DNA of 63,790 nt, the filler included, from an uncultured Rhodopirellula sp. (lineage in GTDB: Bacteria > Planctomycetota > Planctomycetia > Pirellulales > Pirellulaceae): the NCBI GenBank assembly GCA_964007735.1. It is 5 parts of 5 records of this genome, joined end to end, with 100 filler letters (N's around TTAATTAATTAA, not from the genome) between each part and the next. Parts side by side here need not be neighbours in the genome. Positions count along the whole stretch, not along the records: positions 55,990 to 63,790 come from CAXGAI010000099.1; 4 more parts are not named here. One strand, written 5' to 3'. Position numbers and translations under genes: made by a program. Each line of letters opens with the position of its first letter. The stretch's first letter is position 1. The notes beneath the pieces were generated by a model. That model saw nothing but the letters and a program-made list of their open reading frames with translations. It had not been told where the DNA came from and did no database searches. Below, one piece after another: positions 60,315 to 63,790 of this stretch.

Positions 60315-62638
60315 TGCTTATCGGCAGCCAATTGATTCGTTCAGCAGTAATCCTGCTGGGTTTCATTTTTTGCCTTCCATTGATGGGGGTAGACAGAGAT
60401 AAAGCAACACCATTGGAACTCGGCCCTTTCTTTGTTGATGAAGTGTGGGGCAAGGTGGGAGAGCTCTCGTGTCTAAAATGTCATAATTCTTCAGGCGAAG
60501 CGAAGGACAGCGGCTTTATCCTTCAAAAAACGATCCCACTGCAGGGAGTTGAACTTCAAAACACTCATGTAGCGAACTTCAAGGCCTTCACAAAAATGGC
60601 CGGGAAACGAAAACCAGGCCAACGATCTAGGTTACTCTTAAAACCAATCGGAGAGCTGGGACACGAAGGAAAACAAGTGCTGAAATCAAACTCAACCGGC
60701 CTTCAAATCCTCGAGAGGTTTGTTACCTTAGTAGATGGAAAGATTGATCCTAAGCTAACTGCTACAAAATATAGACCCCGGCCATTTTTTGAAGGAGTAA
60801 CTCTGGTAAAAGATGCCAGTTTACTAAGACGACTCACGCTATCGATGGTTGGCCGACTGCCCACCGAAATCGAAATACAGACCATTGAGGAAAAGGGCTT
60901 GGATGCATTAGACGAAGTTCTTGATCAGATAATGACAGAAGAGGCCTTCTATATTCGCCTAAAAGAGGGGTTCAACGACATCTTTCTAACAGAAGGCTAT
61001 GAGGGAAACGGGGAACTTATCCTCTCCTATAATCATTTTGAAAAGAGTCGTCTTTGGTATCAGAAGTACAACCTCGACCACATCGCGGACGAGAAAGAAC
61101 GGAAGGAAGCCCTCTATTCCATGACGCGCGACTACCGCAAGGCCATCCGCGAGGAGCCCCTTGAGCTAATCGCATACGTAGTCCGCAACAACAAACCGTT
61201 TACCGAGATCATGACTGCGGATTACATCATGGTTAGCCCCTACTCTGCGCGAGGCTACGGTATATTTGAACAAATCAAGAACCGCTTTAAGGACCCAGAG
61301 GATCCCTTTGAATACGTACCAGCGCGGCTTCCGGCATTACGGGCAAGAAACAACAATCCCGTGAATGCGCCATTGGTTCAGGAATCGAAAACTGGCTTTT
61401 ACCCTCACGCTGGCCTGCTGAGTACTTTTCAATACCTGCGACGCTATCCCACCACCGATACAAACCGAAACCGACTTCGGGCACGTATGTATTACCAACA
61501 TTTCCTGGGAGTCGACGTAATGGAGCTAGCCGACCAAGTAACCGATGCTGCCGCGATCGATGCCAAATATAAAACCCCGTGGATGGAAGCGGCCGATTGT
61601 GTGGTGTGCCATCGATCCGTGGACCCCGTCGCGGGATTATTTCAGGATTTCTACAACGTCGAAGGGCATTTCAGCCCTCGCAAGGACGGTTGGTTCAAAG
61701 ACATGTTTACGCCAGGGCTTGAAGGCGATGATTTACCGAAAGAAGAAAGATGGCGATCTTTGCAATGGCTCGCAAAGCGTACGACCAAAGATCCGAGGTT
61801 CGCAATCGCGATGACCGAACACGTATGGTACATACTCACCGGGCGCATGGCCCTGCGGCCACCTATGAACATAGACGACCCCCGCTTTTCGGCCCGGAGA
61901 CGGGCTTATAAAATGCAGCGACTCGAAATCACCGAGATCGCATCGCGTTTTACTCAAGCCGAGTTCAACCTCAAGCGGCTCTTCAAGGAATTGGCGAAAT
62001 CTCCCTTTTATCGGTCTGATGGAATCGATGTAGCCATTGGTCAACCAGACCGGAAAGCCGAGCTTCACGACCTTGGAACAACAAGGCTTTTAGCCCCTGA
62101 ACAGCTTGAACGCAAAATCGAGGCTTTGTTTGGAGCGAGGTGGGGAAAACTAGAGAAGGAATTACAGATTCTTTATGGCGGAATCGATTCGAAATCAGTT
62201 ACCGAGAGACTGGCCGAGCCAAGCGGAGCTATGGGGGCAATCCAACGCATCATGGCAAACGACCTTTCCTGTTTACACGTCGTTGCAGACTTCGCATTGC
62301 CTCCTGATAAGCGCAGGCTTTTTCCTAAAGTCGAAAAGAATATGGTTCCCGGCGTCATACCGATTACAGATTTGAAAATCCGAAAAGGTATTGTCCACCT
62401 GCATAGCCACCTTCTTGACAGAAAAGTCTCGGTCAATCACCCGGATGTCGACCGAACCTTCGAACTCTTTGCTTCAGTCGTGAAGGAGGCTAAAAAACGG
62501 AAAGGAATCGACAAACGAGAAACCTATCACTGTGGCAGAATCAATGGAAAACTGGTGGACGATCCAGATTATACGCTGAGGGCTTGGCGGGCCGTAGTCA
62601 CATACCTCTTGCGGCAAAAAGAATTTTTATACGAATAA
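60314..62638 (+). CDS. Exported CxxCH-containing DUF1588-like protein
   Basis: CLKCH, LRRLTLSMVGRLPT, HAGLLST...RYPTTDTNRNR.RAR, CVVCHRSVDPVAG, C-terminal AWRAVVTYLL...FLYE; TAATG coupling to the sulfatase. Confidence 0.75.
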   Translation: MLIGSQLIRSAVILLGFIFCLPLMGVDRDKATPLELGPFFVDEVWGKVGELSCLKCHNSSGEAKDSGFILQKTIPLQGVELQNTHVANFKAFTKMAGKRKPGQRSRLLLKPIGELGHEGKQVLKSNSTGLQILERFVTLVDGKIDPKLTATKYRPRPFFEGVTLVKDASLLRRLTLSMVGRLPTEIEIQTIEEKGLDALDEVLDQIMTEEAFYIRLKEGFNDIFLTEGYEGNGELILSYNHFEKSRLWYQKYNLDHIADEKERKEALYSMTRDYRKAIREEPLELIAYVVRNNKPFTEIMTADYIMVSPYSARGYGIFEQIKNRFKDPEDPFEYVPARLPALRARNNNPVNAPLVQESKTGFYPHAGLLSTFQYLRRYPTTDTNRNRLRARMYYQHFLGVDVMELADQVTDAAAIDAKYKTPWMEAADCVVCHRSVDPVAGLFQDFYNVEGHFSPRKDGWFKDMFTPGLEGDDLPKEERWRSLQWLAKRTTKDPRFAIAMTEHVWYILTGRMALRPPMNIDDPRFSARRRAYKMQRLEITEIASRFTQAEFNLKRLFKELAKSPFYRSDGIDVAIGQPDRKAELHDLGTTRLLAPEQLERKIEALFGARWGKLEKELQILYGGIDSKSVTERLAEPSGAMGAIQRIMANDLSCLHVVADFALPPDKRRLFPKVEKNMVPGVIPITDLKIRKGIVHLHSHLLDRKVSVNHPDVDRTFELFASVVKEAKKRKGIDKRETYHCGRINGKLVDDPDYTLRAWRAVVTYLLRQKEFLYE

Positions 62639-63556
62639 ATGGCTAATCCGAAAACAATCAGCCGTAGAGACTTCTTAAAGTTCTGCAGTTCAGCAGGACT
62701 CGGAGTAGCCATGCCTTTCGCATCGCCCACCCTACTTCACGGAAAAACAAAAATACCCGCCCCATACGAAGGCCCTTATTACGTTGTATTCAATGCCTCT
62801 GGGGGCTGGGACACAACCTATTTGATGGACCCAAAGGGAGTGAACGAAATTAACCGGCTATATAAGGCAGGTGATATTCAATCCCATGGAGCGCACAAGT
62901 TTGCGCCAACTGCAGCTCATATCGAAAATGGCATGAGCAACGAGACGTTCTTCAAAGCCTATGGTGATGAATTACTTGTCTTCAACGGCCTCGACTACTC
63001 AATCAATAATCACTCCCCTTGCAAACGTTACATGGCGACCGGAAAGCTCGATAGCTTGTCCTACCCCACCTTTGCAGCTCTTGTCGCAGCCTGTCGTGGA
63101 CCGGAAACACCACTGGCATTTCTAACATTTGGCAACTATTCAGCCACAGGAAACTTGGTTCCGATGGCAAGAATTCCTTATCTATCTTCACTCAAATTCA
63201 TAGCAGCAGCAGACTCAATCAAAGGCATCTCACGCCTACCCTATCACGATGATTTCGTACAGGACTTGATTGAAAAGACTTTGGATGAGCGTTCAAAAGC
63301 TCCTTTAACGACAGGTCAACTACCACGTGCCGAGCGGGCTCAAAGCATGCTTTATGCAGCCCAGTCCAATTCCAAAGCCCTCAAACGTGCAATTCCTTTC
63401 ATCAGTGACAAGGACCCGAAGGGACGATTACCACGGCAAGCGGAGATTGCACTATCCTGCTTCAAGGCAGGTGTCTGTGTATCCGCCAACTTATCTATCA
63501 CCCAATTCGACAGCCATGCCAAAAACGATCACGACCAGATGAAGTTGATCCCCGAG
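62639..63556 (+). CDS. DUF1501-like protein with Tat signal, interrupted at ~63557
   Basis: Manual translation MANPKTISRRDFLKFCSSAG...VFNASGGWDTTYLMDPKG...NNH...PTFAAL...FDSHAKND. Absent from the ORF track because it has no stop before the window end. The expected E(M/F)GRT motif never appears. Confidence 0.8.
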
Positions 63557-63790
63557 GCTGTCACTCCTCCCACGAAATTCACTCTTGGTCGCGGTGCATC
63601 TGTCCTGCGGGGTTGCCGGCGCTTCGCGCTGAAGTGCCCGATCTTCTTGCAGTTCCGGCACTTCACTCGCGCCTCCAGCTTGGCGAAGTTCGGGTGCACC
63701 TTCAAGGGAGGAAATCCTCTCGCGTTCCGCGCGTCATTGACAATTTGTCCCTGCGCCTTGTACGACGCCGCCAGCGCGACGGCTTCGTGC
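63557..63790 (-). mobile_element. Foreign GC-rich fragment resembling a eukaryotic LTR-retrotransposon Gag (zinc knuckle region)
   Basis: Minus frame reads HEAVALAASYKAQGQIVNDARNARGFPPLKVHPNFAKLEARVKCRNCKKIGHFSAKRRQPR. GC is about 62% versus about 47% in the preceding 420 bp (hand count). Confidence 0.6.

Noticed and set aside
63557..63790. Genuine C-terminus of the DUF1501 protein (+ frame stays open)
   Set aside because: Lacks the expected E(M/F)GRT motif, composition shifts, and the opposite strand reads as a Gag-like protein
1..63790. CRISPR arrays, tRNA/rRNA genes, IS elements, prophage genes
   Set aside because: No regularly spaced repeats or recognisable motifs found by eye; a covariance-model scan was not possible

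Overview
Five unrelated draft contigs of a Planctomycete-like (Pirellulaceae-type, probably marine) genome bin. They are joined by artificial 100-nt linkers (44 N + TTAATTAATTAA + 44 N) at 14291-14390, 28322-28421, 42302-42401 and 55890-55989, so adjacency across linkers is not biological. Contig 1 carries a four-gene operon: exported TPR protein, ExbB, ExbD, and a ~1680-aa membrane-anchored protein with a periodic disordered linker and a C-terminal prenyltransferase/squalene-cyclase-like barrel. It also has an epimerase and two pilin-like genes. Contig 2 has transporters (NhaA, Amt, NRAMP-like) with unusual insertions and a PQQ-type dehydrogenase/diheme cytochrome fusion. Contigs 3 and 4 overlap by exactly 55 bp inside kbl and can be joined. 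They carry tdh-kbl, DUF1549/1553+DUF1501 and DUF1592+DUF1552 modules, a sulfatase, acetylesterases, an FGGY kinase and galM. Contig 5 has an exported TPR-CHAT protein and a sulfatase/cytochrome/DUF1501 operon. Its last ~234 bp switch abruptly to GC-rich sequence encoding a retrotransposon Gag-like zinc knuckle, probably a chimera. No rRNA, tRNA, CRISPR array or bacterial transposase was recognised. The best candidate for an undescribed system is the Tol/Ton-like operon at 361-9550. All family assignments come from motif recognition by eye, not database searches.
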